DNA of 64,000 nucleotides from Macrostomum lignano (Eukaryota), in NCBI GenBank assembly GCA_002269645.1, contig NIVC01000301.1, positions 418,460 through 482,459 of the forward strand. The letters run 5' to 3'. The notes under the pieces are model-generated. The model was not told the origin of the DNA. It saw only the letters and a list, made by a program, of their open reading frames with translations, and ran no database searches. The translations under genes were made by a program, and so were the position numbers. Positions 47,680 to 60,108 of this stretch are shown piece by piece (within the stretch, counting starts at the first letter, position 1; each line of letters begins with the position of its first letter).

Positions 47680-49731
47680 GTAAAAAGACAGCTCACTTTT
47701 AACATTTGGCCTAGAATTAGAAAAGTTATACATTTTTGTAAATATATTTTTGCACAATTAAGATATTAGTAGTAACTATAGCTTAGAGCTGACTATGTCT
47801 ATAGTGTATAGACAATAGTATATAAAAACAAATAGTAAAACTAAGTTAAACTCATTTACTAATGGTTAGAATATATCTATTACTTTTATTTTCTCTTAGT
47901 TTAATATGATATAATCTCATTTTATAACTATTGCAAATACTTTTTATCCTAGAAACTTTGCCTAACTTACCTTTTCTAACCTGGCAAAGTTTAGTTTTTT
48001 TTACAAAAAAAACTAGAATTTAATTTGAAACTCAATGAGTTATGTACCTATCTATCCTTAGCTTTAGGAATAAGTAAGATAAGAATATCATATTTTTTTT
48101 ATAATTGGCATTGATTGCATTGCTAGATCCATAGCCATTAAAATAGGTTTGTATCCTATATAGGCCTACTGAAAATGAAATTCTTGCTTTCTTGCTTGTG
48201 CGCAATAGTGAAACTAGCCATTGTCAATATTGACAAATGGCTTGTATTAAATATTATATATTTTTGTAAAGTACTAAAAAGTTGAATTTGATGATTTCTA
48301 AATTTAGGAATTTTAATTATATGCAAGCATACTAATTGATCTATCAAGGATATTATCTATATATAGATCTCTTTCCATTATAGTTTTGGTATTTTGTTAT
48401 TATATATTATGCTAATTGATAGAAATCTTATGTCAACTATATAATAACCTAATATTACTAACAAATTTACATAATGTTTAGTACGTCTTAAATAAAGGCC
48501 TATATAAGGTCTATTTTTCTAGTGTAAAGCTTTATAATATAATATAAATTGGCTTTTTTTGTATATTTCAGCTAATTTATATATTGTATAGAATATATAC
48601 AAGAACAAAAAAGCAATAGTTTACTGACCTTATTCTAAGAAGCTGTATAAAAAATATGATTATATTTACAATAGACCTAGATATTTTGTGTCTTTAGGGT
48701 AAAATTAAATTGAAAATGCATAAAAAATATGTAATATAAAGTTGTAAAACTATTGTTAAAATTATTGTTTTTGTTACTATTTATGATATAATGCTATCAA
48801 AATCAATGTTTGTAAAAATAGTGTTTTATTGGCAAGATAAAGTTATTTATAACTTTGAACAATAAAGTTCAAAATGAATAGATGTTTTACAATTTTCTTT
48901 AAAGACAAAGACAATAATAAATATTGTGTACAAAAAGCATAAAATAATCTAATTAATAATATTAAAAAGTTGAAATATGTCAATAATTTGTCCTTATCTT
49001 TTAGTTTCAACCTTTTAACATAATTATCTAGTCTCTTATTGATGCATTTATTTTGAGTATTTTTAAACCAAAATTATTCTATATCTATATCTGTAGCTAA
49101 TAAATTCCCCTTAACTTCCCATAAATTTTGATGCAGTTAAATCCAATGGCAACAGTTCCACCATTCACTGTAATATAGTAATAAAGTAAATAAATATAAT
49201 CTAACCCATCACTCAATAGCAGACATTCATCTTAACTTTAGCCTCCATTATCCCAACCACAACTTGCATGTGGCATTGGAAATCTCTGTAGCTTGAGTCC
49301 CTCACCTCATAGACTTGAGAGTTGGAGATGTCCTGGGCCTCTTGCATTGAAAAAAAACATTCATCTTAACTTTAGCCTCACTATATCCCAACCCCAGAGA
49401 CTTGAGAGTTCCCCTCACGAAAGCTTAAGGTCGCAGTTATGAAGTGGCCAATATTCTAGATATAGGAAATGTGTTCACATAACCATATTTATATCCATAT
49501 GTTCTGTTTAATACCCTCCATATCTGCATCTTCTGTAGCTACAGTGGAACTGTGTATCTACTCATGCTATAGATATTTAAAGCCAGTCAGTTTTTTTTAC
49601 TTGCAGTGCCAATAGCAATAAGATTGAACAATGCTATGGCGTGGCTGAGTTCATATGGGCTGCAAAAACCATATGATTTCTCACAGCTCACCCTTTTCGC
49701 ATTGCAGCAACGGTAGCTAGCCAGCCTGCCA

Positions 49732-50088
49732 ATGTCTCTTAGCGTTCGTACCTTGAAGGTGTTTTCCAACCGCCTGCTTTATCGAAAGCAGATGATCGTT
49801 AGCGTCACCCACGGCGGCTCCGGCAAAAACGTCAGCAAGAGTGACGTCAAGACTAAGCTGGCTGAGAAGTTCCGCACCACGCCGGATCTCGTGGTCTGCT
49901 ACGGCTTCAGGACCAGCCTTGGCGGCGGCCAGTCCCGCGGATACGCGCTGGTGTACGACAGCCCCGACTACATGAAGAAGTTCCACCTGGTCAAGCGAGT
50001 CCGCGACGCGAGCCGGAAGCAGCGCAAGGAGCGCAAGAACAAGAAGAAGAGGCAGGGTCATAAGAAGGAGAAGAAGAAGGCCAAGTAG
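49732..50088 (+). CDS. RPS24: 40S ribosomal protein S24 (eS24), intronless and divergent
   Basis: NRLLYRKQM, KLAEKFRTTPDLV, GFRTSLGGGQSRGYALVYDS and SRKQRKERKN are eS24 signatures. 118 aa, single ORF. Confidence 0.9.
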   Translation: MSLSVRTLKVFSNRLLYRKQMIVSVTHGGSGKNVSKSDVKTKLAEKFRTTPDLVVCYGFRTSLGGGQSRGYALVYDSPDYMKKFHLVKRVRDASRKQRKERKNKKKRQGHKKEKKKAK

Positions 50089-52198
50089 GAAGTCATGAGA
50101 AGTTGAAGTCGTAAGGGCGAAGTTGTGTGCAGACTTTCTGGATTTAAAAATGTCTGCTTTTGCTCGCATTGCAGGCAAGAAATAAATATTGCTCCGTGTG
50201 AGAGCCGTGAATTGACTAGCTACTTACAGTCGATTGCTACAGAGGATCGCGCGTCTTGTGGATTGAAATGCTTGCTACTTTATTTTGAAGGCTTTGTTTC
50301 TTTACTCGGAAATATTTTTTTTCAGTTCAAGGCGTCAGTTAAGAGTGGTAATAAAACTGAAAAATTATTGTCTTACATGTAGGTCTGTAATGTGCACTAT
50401 GGACATCGTAGTCCACTTCGCAGTCCATAACCGGGATGTCTCAAGTCTCAAACACACTGCCATCTAATCAAGCCGCTGATGTGAATACAAGTCCGTAAAC
50501 GTGCAAAAACCATATGATTTCACTGTGCAATTTTTTACAACAATACGGACAACACTGGAGCTACTGCTTAGTACAGGAGAGATGCGGGAATCAGCCTTGA
50601 TGCGTAAAATCTCCCAACCTTTGAACCTCCCAATGTCCGGCTTCTGTTTATGATTAAAAATGTTGCTTGATTTTCTCATTTTTTCTCAGCTCGACTCGTT
50701 GGTTTTATGAATCTATTTTATCATCTCTGTCACACATACTGTTACACAGTCGGCTAAGAATGATAAAATCGATTTATTTAGTCTGCTTCCTATCGAAAGC
50801 AATAACAATTGTTCTGAAAAAAATGAAAACTTCCTATCTCCGTAGTGTATTTTCTCCGGAAAAAACGTGCCTCCTAAAATTTTTACATTCTTCTACTCGA
50901 GTAGTCCTTGCTACCTACTAGCAGTAGACGCTATGGGCAGTTCTATTGTAATTGACAAAATGAGAACTAAGGCTTGGAGTATGGAGGCAATCCTTGGTGA
51001 GCAGTAGGACGTACCTGTCTGTTAACATTTTCGAGTAATTTAGTGGCACCTTTGCTCCTGTATTGCCAGTAATAATTGCGACTAATAGGCACTGGAAGCT
51101 TTCAGCAACTCTGCAATTTGGCTGATAAAACTGGAGATGCGCCAAAATCTTGTGCTGCTTGAAGAGTTCTGGAGGCCAGATCGCTTCGCTTGATTGTCTG
51201 TTAGACCAGCTCTTGGACCACTTTGTCCCAGCTGAAGAGAAGAGAATTGCTTTCTAACTGTCTCACTGTCTTATGCCTTCATGTAGTCAAGGGTCCTGCG
51301 CTATAACTAATTAATTGTCTGTGTAGCCACGCGTTCGGGTGGCCTACTCGAACTCTTAAGGTATCTGCAGCGTCTGCCGTGAGAGCGAGTCGTCTCGAGC
51401 GCTGCTCAGAACCCACCTGACGGGTCTTGTTTCGCCATTGTTCAGCCCTCTGTAGCTCGGCTTGTCTGCTGAAAGAAACAAATTACTTTTATACATCTTC
51501 GCCCGGCCCCGTCTCGAAGCAGGCAGATGCAGCATCGCAGCAGCACTTCACTGCCGCACTCATTATTGTCATTTTGACATATACGCATGCCAGCTGGGGT
51601 ATTTCAATTTCTATCTCAGAATTGAGTTACAGTAAATATACTGAGCGAGGTTGAGCTAGCTGCTCACTGTAACAGATACGGGTGGGAGCCGTACTCTGGC
51701 AGACTATATATTTCCCTTTGCCTGGCAGAGAAGCATCTACATTACAATCGACGTAACAAGAGACCTCGCTCGGTTTGTCATCGAGGACTGCAGGGTAAGA
51801 GAGCTTGCATGCTGTTTAGTTTATCCTGTGTTGGTGTACAAAAATCCTCTAGTTTCATTGAGATGCAAACCCAATAGGAGCTGTGCGAAGCCAGGCTGAA
51901 ATTTCCGGAAGAATCAGTGTCTGGCATGCAATGCGCGTACGAGACACCACTTAGTCTCCGTCTGTATCTCGTACAGGGGTCGATGAATGCGCTGTAAATA
52001 AGAATGAGATTCTTAGTCCTAAAATATGGAAGAAGCTTCTGCATAAGCAGTCCAGCATTCGTTAGTTCTGTGCATCGGAAACAAAAAAGCTTGTCCTACT
52101 TTGTCCGTTGTACGTCGGAAGCTGAAGATTTCTTCATCAAGCAACATTCCAGTCTTAGCAGAGCACGCACCCTGCATGCAACTCCCCATAGCACCGCC

Positions 52199-53840
52199 AT
52201 GCCGTTGCGCCAGTTCAGCGCCGACGAAGTCGACGACTTCTACCTGGCCGCTGGGCGCGGTGACATCGACGCGATGCTTCGCCAGCTGGACACTGGCCTG
52301 GACGTCGACAGCGCTACGAGTCGGGAATTTCATCGCACCGCCTTGATGGCGGCCGCCATGACCGATCAGGCTGAGGCCGCCCGGCTACTCATGTCGCGGG
52401 GCGCAGCGCTGGATGTGCGCGACCGCGAGCTCGGCTGCACAGCGGCTCTGCTGGCGGCCCAACAGCAAAGCCGCGGCGTCCTCCGCTTGCTCACCGAGGC
52501 CGGAGCCCGACTCAACGCCTTCAATTCGGCGGGCTACTCGGCCTTGTTCTGGTGCATCGAGAACAACGACGAAGCTTCAGTGGCTCTTCTGCTAGAGGCC
52601 GGCGCCGATCCGAGCCGTCGAAACCCGAACGGTCTGGCGCCGCTGCACCTGTGCGCCGCCTTTGACCGAGTGGACATTGCCCATCGCCTGCTGGAGGCCG
52701 GAGCCGAGCCAGATCCGGTAAGCTGCGAGTTGCACGGAAGACACACGCCGCTGACGCTGGCGGTCTCAGCTGGCGGCCGGCCGCAGATGCTGGAGATGCT
52801 GGCATCCAGCGGTGCCGACCTGGAACACGCGTCCGAGGAGGGCACTGCGATGGCCCTGGCCAGGGGCCGCCCAAAGCTGCTCACCTGTCTCGAGTCACTG
52901 ATGCGAAGGTTTGAAGAAAATCTAGCTGAATTAGGCAGCTTTTTCGCTGGGTCTGGTTTTCCAAAATGTGAACATTTGGAATCGTGATTTCTCAAACTTA
53001 CATTTTAGTCGTCGAGCGTCCGAAAGGAGACGCTCCAGCACTGTAAATGCAGCCGCGGTAGCCAAGCAGGCATCAGCGGCGCGTCGACAGACAGCCCGGC
53101 GCGCTGCAGCGACAACGCCCCGCAGGCCGCGCTCTGCGCTACCCTCCGGAATTTACCCGTGTGCGGCGCGGCCCCGCGGCACTTGCCTGCTGGCCGGGTG
53201 CGCTCGGTTCTCGCACGAGTTCGATTTTCCCGCCATGCCGGGAAGCGAGGAGCGGCTCGCGCTGCTCACGGACACGTTTAGCGACCTTGGCCTGCTCATC
53301 AGGCCCGCAGTTGGGCTCGCCGGCGGCGACCTGCTCGCGAGAGCGCAGCGCCTTGCTGCCGCGGACCACTCGGCTGCCGACTTGCTTGTCTGCGCCTTTG
53401 TCGGCTACGGCCTCAGCGGCGGCATGGTTGGTTTCGACGGTAGGCCGACCGACATCGGCCAGCTGGTCGACTGCTTCTCGCCAGCTGAATGTCCAAGCCT
53501 GGCCGGCAAGCCGAAGCTCTTTCTCTTCCTGCTGTCTGCGGCCCCGCGCGCTCGCGGCCCAGGCCCGACCTTTCCGGAGCCCAGCCAGGCCGACTGCTTG
53601 CTGGCTTACGCCTGCGTTGCTGACGCCAGCAGCTGCGGCCGCCTCACCGACTTTCTGCACCGAATGCGACGGGCCTTGGACACCGAGGCCGAGCACGTCG
53701 ATTTCGGCCGGCTGTTCCTTGGCGCCAGCGAGCGGCTTCTTGCCGCGTCTGCCTCGACGGATGAGAAGAGCGGCTTCTCCCAGCCGGCGCTGCTGACGGA
53801 GGTGCGGCACAGCCTGGACAGACAGCTGCTCTTCCGTTAG
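52199..53840 (+). CDS. Ankyrin-repeat protein fused to a catalytically inactive caspase (peptidase C14-like) domain, 2 exons, ~513 aa
   Basis: Exon 52199-52908 has ~6 ankyrin repeats (RTALMAAA, GCTAALLAA, GYSALFWC, GLAPLHLCA, HTPLTLAV). A 100-nt GT-AG intron (52909-53008) joins in phase to exon 53009-53840, which carries PRGTCLL, DHSAADLLVCAFVGYG and CPSLAGKPKLF. Total 1542 nt. Confidence 0.85.
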
Positions 53841-54160
53841 CTGTAGCGGTGCCGGATGTTTACTAAAAATAGAATGAGCTACTAAATATCACAGGTGGCC
53901 TGACTGGACCTACTCTATATGTCTAGATTCTATAAATTTCCCCAAAAAGAACACCGTTTTGTGTTTAAAGTCTCAACTAAAATTTAAAATCAAAATGCTT
54001 TGTCTTTCCGCATGAGGTTTTTTCCACGAGAGTTTTCCCCGCCGAGGTTTTCCCGCAGGGTTTCCCCAGTCGGAATTTCAAGTCAAATATAGTCTATAGA
54101 CATTGCTAGACTAGATTAGATTTCAAATCGAAAACTTCCTGCGGGAAATTCTCATAGACC

Positions 54161-54330
54161 GAGTAAGCCTAGTGGTTAGAGTGGCGGACTCACGACTAAA
54201 AGGTCCTGGGTTCGATTCTCTCGACCCAATCGGAACAATTTGTCCTTGGGCAAGACACCCAACTCTACATTGCTTTAGTTCACCCAGCTATAAAATTGGT
54301 ACCAGCATTAGCTGGGGTATTGGGGGTGAA
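54161..54330 (+). mobile_element. tRNA-derived CORE-like SINE (copy B, 3'-truncated)
   Basis: AGCCTAGTGGTTAGAG...GGGTTCGATTC...GTCCTTGGGCAAGACACCCAACTC...TTTAGTTCACCCAGCTATAAAATTGG. Confidence 0.82.
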
Positions 54331-55543
54331 ATCAGAGACTAAAATACCTATATTTTGTAAATAGGATCTCCAACTATGGGGATCTATTCGTAGAATGACT
54401 GATCCCTGCATCTAAAACTATCGACTGTAATTTCGAAATTACGCCATTTCGTTATTTGACGTTCTGAAATCAATCAGTTTTTCATTTTTGTTCATCGAAT
54501 TTCTCAAGGACATCTATATTAGCTAGACTAGATTAGTTGATTTCCGAAGTGACTCCTGTGGTCCTTGAATCATCTGTCTTCTCTTTCTTGGATGTGTTTT
54601 ATCGTATCTCACCTGCCTCAGGTATGACTTTAGCATGGCTTCCCACAGCATCTTTCTTTTTGGGGCTCTGTCTGAGGGAGAAGTCTTGCTGGTCACCGAC
54701 TACAATCGATTAAGTACAATACATGCAGGGACTCCACTCAATAGCTTGAGTTAACACTTCCTCTTGCGCTTGTAAAGCGCCTCCCATCGAAAATGACCAA
54801 GTGAAGCTACTTACTGCATCAAATTAAGTAGTATATGCAGTACATATAGCATTGTTAGACATTGTTACGGTACATGTGTGGTTCTGAAAACAGACAATAA
54901 TTTCGACTCATGCCACAAAAGTGTCCAAGAAGCAATTATGTACGTCTGTGCCACGCGTCACGACTATAGATTATTTATTTATTGATCCGCTGCGCAGAAA
55001 CTGTGTCTCAGTCTTGGCTTTATTGAATTTCGTTGTTTCGTTTCGTACGACTGGCAGTGTACGAACGTACGTATTGAACTCAAAACAAGCCAGAATGGAA
55101 GGTAAATGAGAAACAGGAGCGACGCGTAAAGGGGGCAGGTGCGAAGGGAAATTCTGAGTAATAGTGACACAATAGAAAGCATTTACCCTGCTAACTAAAA
55201 CCCCTTTGTCAAGCAGACGGATTAACCCAAACAGTTAAGTCCCGCCCACCGAAGCAGAAGCACATCGCGAAGGAGAGATGACGTAGAGGCGACCCCACAC
55301 CGTTTGTTTGACACCATCTGATCCTAAGAGTAGTGCACATGAAAATACAAAAAATTACCGGAGCAAAAATTTTTTTCGGCTAAACGCCGTTTCAATATGC
55401 CGCTTTCATTTTCGGATTATGCAGGTAAATTGTACATTGCTGTGATAATCGAAAACCTGATCATTGAACAATTTTTGGTATCCACCGTTATAGAGAGTTC
55501 GTCTTGGCTCGTTGTCTCGTTTGATGGCGGTGTGAACGAGCCT

Positions 55544-57653
55544 TCAGTACACTCCGAGGCATTGTGTGTTTAGGCTTACAAAGAAAATAACAAATGGCAC
55601 GACCATCATTGCGACTCCGAAGATGACGAACACTTTGAAGAACACCCGATCAGCGGAAGATCCGACAGTCTTCCATTCGTTTCCCCCAAAACTGACGTTG
55701 GAAGCCTGCGACACCGATACTTCGCCATCCGCATCGGCTGTGGTGCATGTGACTGTCCGCTTAGAACTTTCTCCGACAACGAATCTGTTGAGGAAGAGTG
55801 CACGGACGACCCGACTGCTGACGCTGCTCTCTTGCCTGAAGTGACAGCTGAGAACGAATGCGTTGCAGAGCACATTTACAATTGTCATGATCACGGCCAA
55901 GCTGAAGTACCAGGCTGGAATGTGAGGCAAGTGTCAAATTCAGATAGACTGCTCACGCAATGGAAGCAATCGAGTGACTCACTGATAAACGGCACGGACT
56001 CGCTCTGCGTGGGCGTGTAGTTGCCAACCAGCTGCAGGAACACGCACATGGACAGCACGATGGTGATGCTGAAGGAGACTCGCTCGCCACACTCGGGAGG
56101 CAGGCAAAAGGCGAGCGCGGAGACTCCAAGGAGAAGGATGCAGGGCAGCATCAGGTTTATCATGTAGAAAGTCGGAAGTCGCTGCAATTACAAATCCTGA
56201 TCTACATGTAGAACTCCAAGTCTCAGAAACACTATCTCAAGAAATTTTATCAAGATCTGAACCAAAACTCACTTGAAATCCGACCCGGAGCTCGGCTGTG
56301 TCGTACAGGCCAAACGACCCGTTTTCTAACCGGACCCACAGAATGCAGAACTCGCTGCTCTTGATGACGTACCCCGACGGTGAATCATTCTCATTCAGAG
56401 ACTTGATGCGGACTCGAGTCGATCCCGTGGCTTGCTGCAGACTCGAGAGCCTGACAAGACAATTTTGCTCATCGAACGGAAACAGCTGCATTTGCATGCT
56501 GCACTTGGTGGACAGAATCATTCCTGTGCTCCACAGCACAATGCCTGAAGACATCACCATTAGAACTGCGTTGTCCTTCGTAGCATCCGAGAGCTCCACC
56601 CTAAAGTGAATTGTTTAAATGAAGGCACTGCGACCTAGCTTTTGGCAGTCCTTGCCATCTTTTTTTTCATACCCAGACAGTATGCTATGTTAGAATATCA
56701 TCCTACTCTATAATTAAATTTAAGGTATATGCTTAAACGACTCACACATCGTAAAAAGAAGCGTCAGGTTGCCACAGGTACGAAGCCGGAAGGCTGATTG
56801 CGCTGATGTTGTCCAGACTGGAGTTGAACTTTCCTTTCCAGGCCAGGCGACTGTCGTTCCAATGCTGCAATTAGATCGCATGTCAATCGTATATAGCTCG
56901 TACTAGGACGTAGATTGTCCTAATGTCAGATGTGCAACCGACAGCTCAGCCGCAGCTATTGCGCGGCGCCTCTGAAGGCTGCGTACGGCTGTTCAGTCCA
57001 AGGACTGGAGGGTCGCCACACACACCCTAAATTACCCCTAATAATACTGGCGCCCATTTTACATCTGGATAAACTGAAACAATAGAGAGTTAGGTGTCTT
57101 GCTCAAGGACACAAATTGTTCCGAGTGGATCGAGAATCGAACCCCCGACCTTTCAGTCGTCGGTCCGACGCTGTCACCAGTAGGCTAAACCCCTCCACTA
57201 GGCTACAACCCCCTAGATCGAACAGTTTAATATAAAAGCGCAACAGGCATAGTAGGGAAACTTACGCGGAAATTTTTGCGAGTTTTTACAAGTACAAACT
57301 CACCAAATTAAGCCACACCTTGAGTTGTATCTCCTGATTTGCGGAATCCTAAAACGAATTCGGAACAATTTTCGGATCCTAGAAATGGTTGTTCAAAAAC
57401 ATTAAATAGACTTAAGCAGCCCTCTAAGGCGCAGCATTCAAGCACAACTCACCACTTTAACGATGGAGTTCAGATAGATGAAGACATTGAGGGTGTTGGC
57501 AAATCCGCTGTCAGGTGGCGGTCGGATCGCTTTGTTATACTCGGTGAAGAGCTTCAGCGCTGCCGCGACGGCATCGTCTGGTGAGGCGGGCGATGCGGCC
57601 GCTGACACAGCAGCACCGAGCAAGGCCAGGCAGATGAGGAGTCGCGCTGACAT
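55544..57653 (-). CDS. Cys-loop ligand-gated ion channel, nAChR-like non-alpha subunit (copy 1), 6 exons, ~420 aa
   Basis: Exons 57653-57453 (signal peptide), 57348-57304 (45-nt exon DSANQEIQLKVWLNL), 56864-56746 (HWNDSRLAW...WQPD), 56600-56273 (Cys loop CSMQMQLFPFDEQNC), 56181-55983 (M1-M2, CGERVSFSITIVLS) and 55914-55544 (M3-M4). Total 1263 nt, phases consistent. No vicinal loop-C cysteines. Confidence 0.92.
56915..57213 (-). mobile_element. tRNA-derived CORE-like SINE (copy C) in intron 2 of channel copy 1
   Basis: Reverse-complement homolog of copies A and D, with a short duplicated 5' head (CTAGGCTACAACCCCC-like sequence twice). Confidence 0.85.
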
Positions 57654-58944
57654 TCCGGATATTGCAAGAGTCTGTCAGTCACAGAACAAAATGTAGTTGC
57701 AAATCTGGCTAAATATACGATTTCTGGAAAAGCGGACTTCAATCCCTCTGCCAATTATTTTAGAGCTGGCATGTGGCATGTTTCTGTTTGCTTAGTATCA
57801 GAGGGCGCGAGCTGTCCAGGCTTTCATCCTGAGTTTGCTCTCCGCGGTGTGGCACAGGAATTTCGCGTGGAAACCAGCCCGTTAGCCTTGCAAAAGCCAA
57901 TTTACTCAGCGAATTCATGCTCTAGAAGAGTGCAGTTGGTTTCTCCCTGCCCTGTGTTGTCACAGCAAACTTTTCTCTGTAAATTTTCAGCATTGTCCAG
58001 CCAGTCCAAGGAGAACTTTGAAAGTCATTTGTTGAAGTTCAGGTACAGTTACGAAGTGGTCCTGTGGAAATATCATTATGCCTACGCCAGTGCCGCTTGC
58101 ATATATACTACTTGCTAAGTAGCTTCAACTCCTTGCCTTTTATACATTCCACAGTAGTTTGGAGTTGAAAAACAACATCGGTCTCACAAATAGGAAGCAG
58201 AAAAATAGAGAAGAGTGACGAGCAAGAGAGACAGCTGGGACCAGATTTCCAGAAATAAAATAATGAAAAATAAGAAGCGAACAACAAAACGCCAAGTCAA
58301 ATGCCACTGATTTAGCGTTTCTTATCAAAGTATCGCAGAGGATCAAAGATGGATTTTGGAAGAATGGCTAAAATGGGTTAAATGTTAAGGCCTAAGAATT
58401 CTTTTGGGATGTGCCAGCTGCCCCGGCTCGATTCCAAGTGCAGTCACATTAAGTTCACATTATTTAGGGCTGCTGTACACTCCTGCGTGAGTGTGTGCCG
58501 TGACTGCGTACGTATTCGCGCGCCTGTGTGCCTGCTCAGAGGAGTCGGGGGGAACGGGCAGCAATGCCCCTCGCCGGTAGTGTGACAATTTAGCTTTAAG
58601 CGCGCCAGGATGCACACAACTCCTGCCTCTAAGTAACTAGAAATATCCTGGCATTGACTGATGGCAATTTGTATGCTTTGTCTTGATTGACGATGCTGGA
58701 TGGATGGATGAGGCTTTGGCGCTTGTTCAAACAGGTGGAAAAACAATTCCCAAACCTGTTACTCCAAAAGATTTTCTCAAGAAGTTTGATGAGATCGAGA
58801 ACTTTTGCTCAAGTGCTAAGCTTTTGAGGTGGGATATCTGGTGTCCAAGTGGGGAGTTGAAGTGGTTAGCAACTGATGAGTCTCTTTCATGCTTTATGTG
58901 AGGGCAATACCTGATTGGCCAAGGTACCAGCGTGCTAGACTAAT

Positions 58945-59257
58945 AATAATAATAATAATTGATGTATAAAACTTGCCCTAATGGGCAGATGTGCAACCGA
59001 CAGCTCAGCCGCAGCTATTACGCGGCGCATCTGAAGGCTGCGTACGGCTGTTCAGTTCAAGGACTGGGGGGTCGCCACACACACCCTCAATTACCCCAGC
59101 TAATGCTGGCATCATTTTACAGCTGGGTGAACTGAAGCAATGCAAAGTTAGGTGTCTTGCTCAAGGACACAAATTGTTCCAGTAGGATCGGGAATCGAAC
59201 CACCGACCTTCAAGTGGTGAGTCCGACGCTTTAACCACTAGGCTACAACCCCCCCCC
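58945..59257 (-). mobile_element. tRNA-derived CORE-like SINE (copy D, apparently full length, ~310 bp) with an (ATT)n tail
   Basis: A and B boxes, CORE-like block, shared 3' body, and (AAT)n on the plus strand at ~58941-58960. Confidence 0.88.
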
Positions 59258-59819
59258 GTTGTAGCCTCGTTTTGCTTGACTACTAAGAGTAATATGAATG
59301 AACATGTACTACCTATGGTTTCCGGCCTTCCAATGCTAACAGATCTCTTATAACCCACACTCACAGAGTCGCCCGGTGTAGGCTCACAGCTTTGTTGTTG
59401 TCTGAAGCTGACTTGATTGACAGCTTGATGGAGGACATGGCTTAATGGCCGCCTGCCTGACAGAGTATTCTAAGCAAGCAATTAGGATTCAAACGAGAAA
59501 TGTGAAAGAAATTATAGCTTTAATTAATTATTCAGGCAAAAAAGCAGCTTAAAGTAATTAATTCTGGGTTTAATAGGTTTCCTATTATATCCGGATACTG
59601 GTTATCGAGTTTGAGGCCTCCCTTTTCCTAAGGATAGGATCTGCCGACCGATTCCGATACCCATAGAGGATTATTGATTGATTTTTTTACCCTAGAGTAA
59701 CCGATAGGAGCACACGACTCCGATTCCGTTATTTCTAGAAGAAGACGCCCTTTCTGGAGGACATCGTTATTGCTATAGAGTTGACTTTGTTATTAGGCGC
59801 ATCTTTGATACTGATTTCA

Positions 59820-60108
59820 GCACTCGATGAACATTTTGATTGCTGCACTCGAGGAACATTTTGATTGCTGCACTCGAGGAACATTTTAATTGCTGCACTC
59901 GAGGAACATTTTGATTGCTGCACTCGAGGAACATTTTGATTGCTGCACTCGAGGAACATTTTGATTGCTGCACTCGAGGAACATTTTGATTGCTGCACAC
60001 GAGGAACATTTTGATTGCTGCACACGAGGAACATTTTGATTGCTGCACTCGAGGAACATTTTGATTGCTGCACTCGAGGAACATTTTAATTGCTGCACTC
60101 GAGGAATA
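59820..60108. repeat. 25-bp minisatellite (GCACTCGAGGAACATTTTGATTGCT), ~11 units
   Basis: Directly visible. Confidence 0.96.

Noticed and set aside
58410-58587. Second small TG...CA-bounded element, with partial similarity to ~28960-29080
   Set aside because: No TSD and too short to call an LTR from sequence alone.
58683-58960. 72-aa ORF followed by CTGATGAG and (TAA)n, as a possible LINE 3' end or hammerhead ribozyme
   Set aside because: No GAAA core with the required stems was seen, and the (AAT)n tract is explained as the tail of the adjacent minus-strand SINE.
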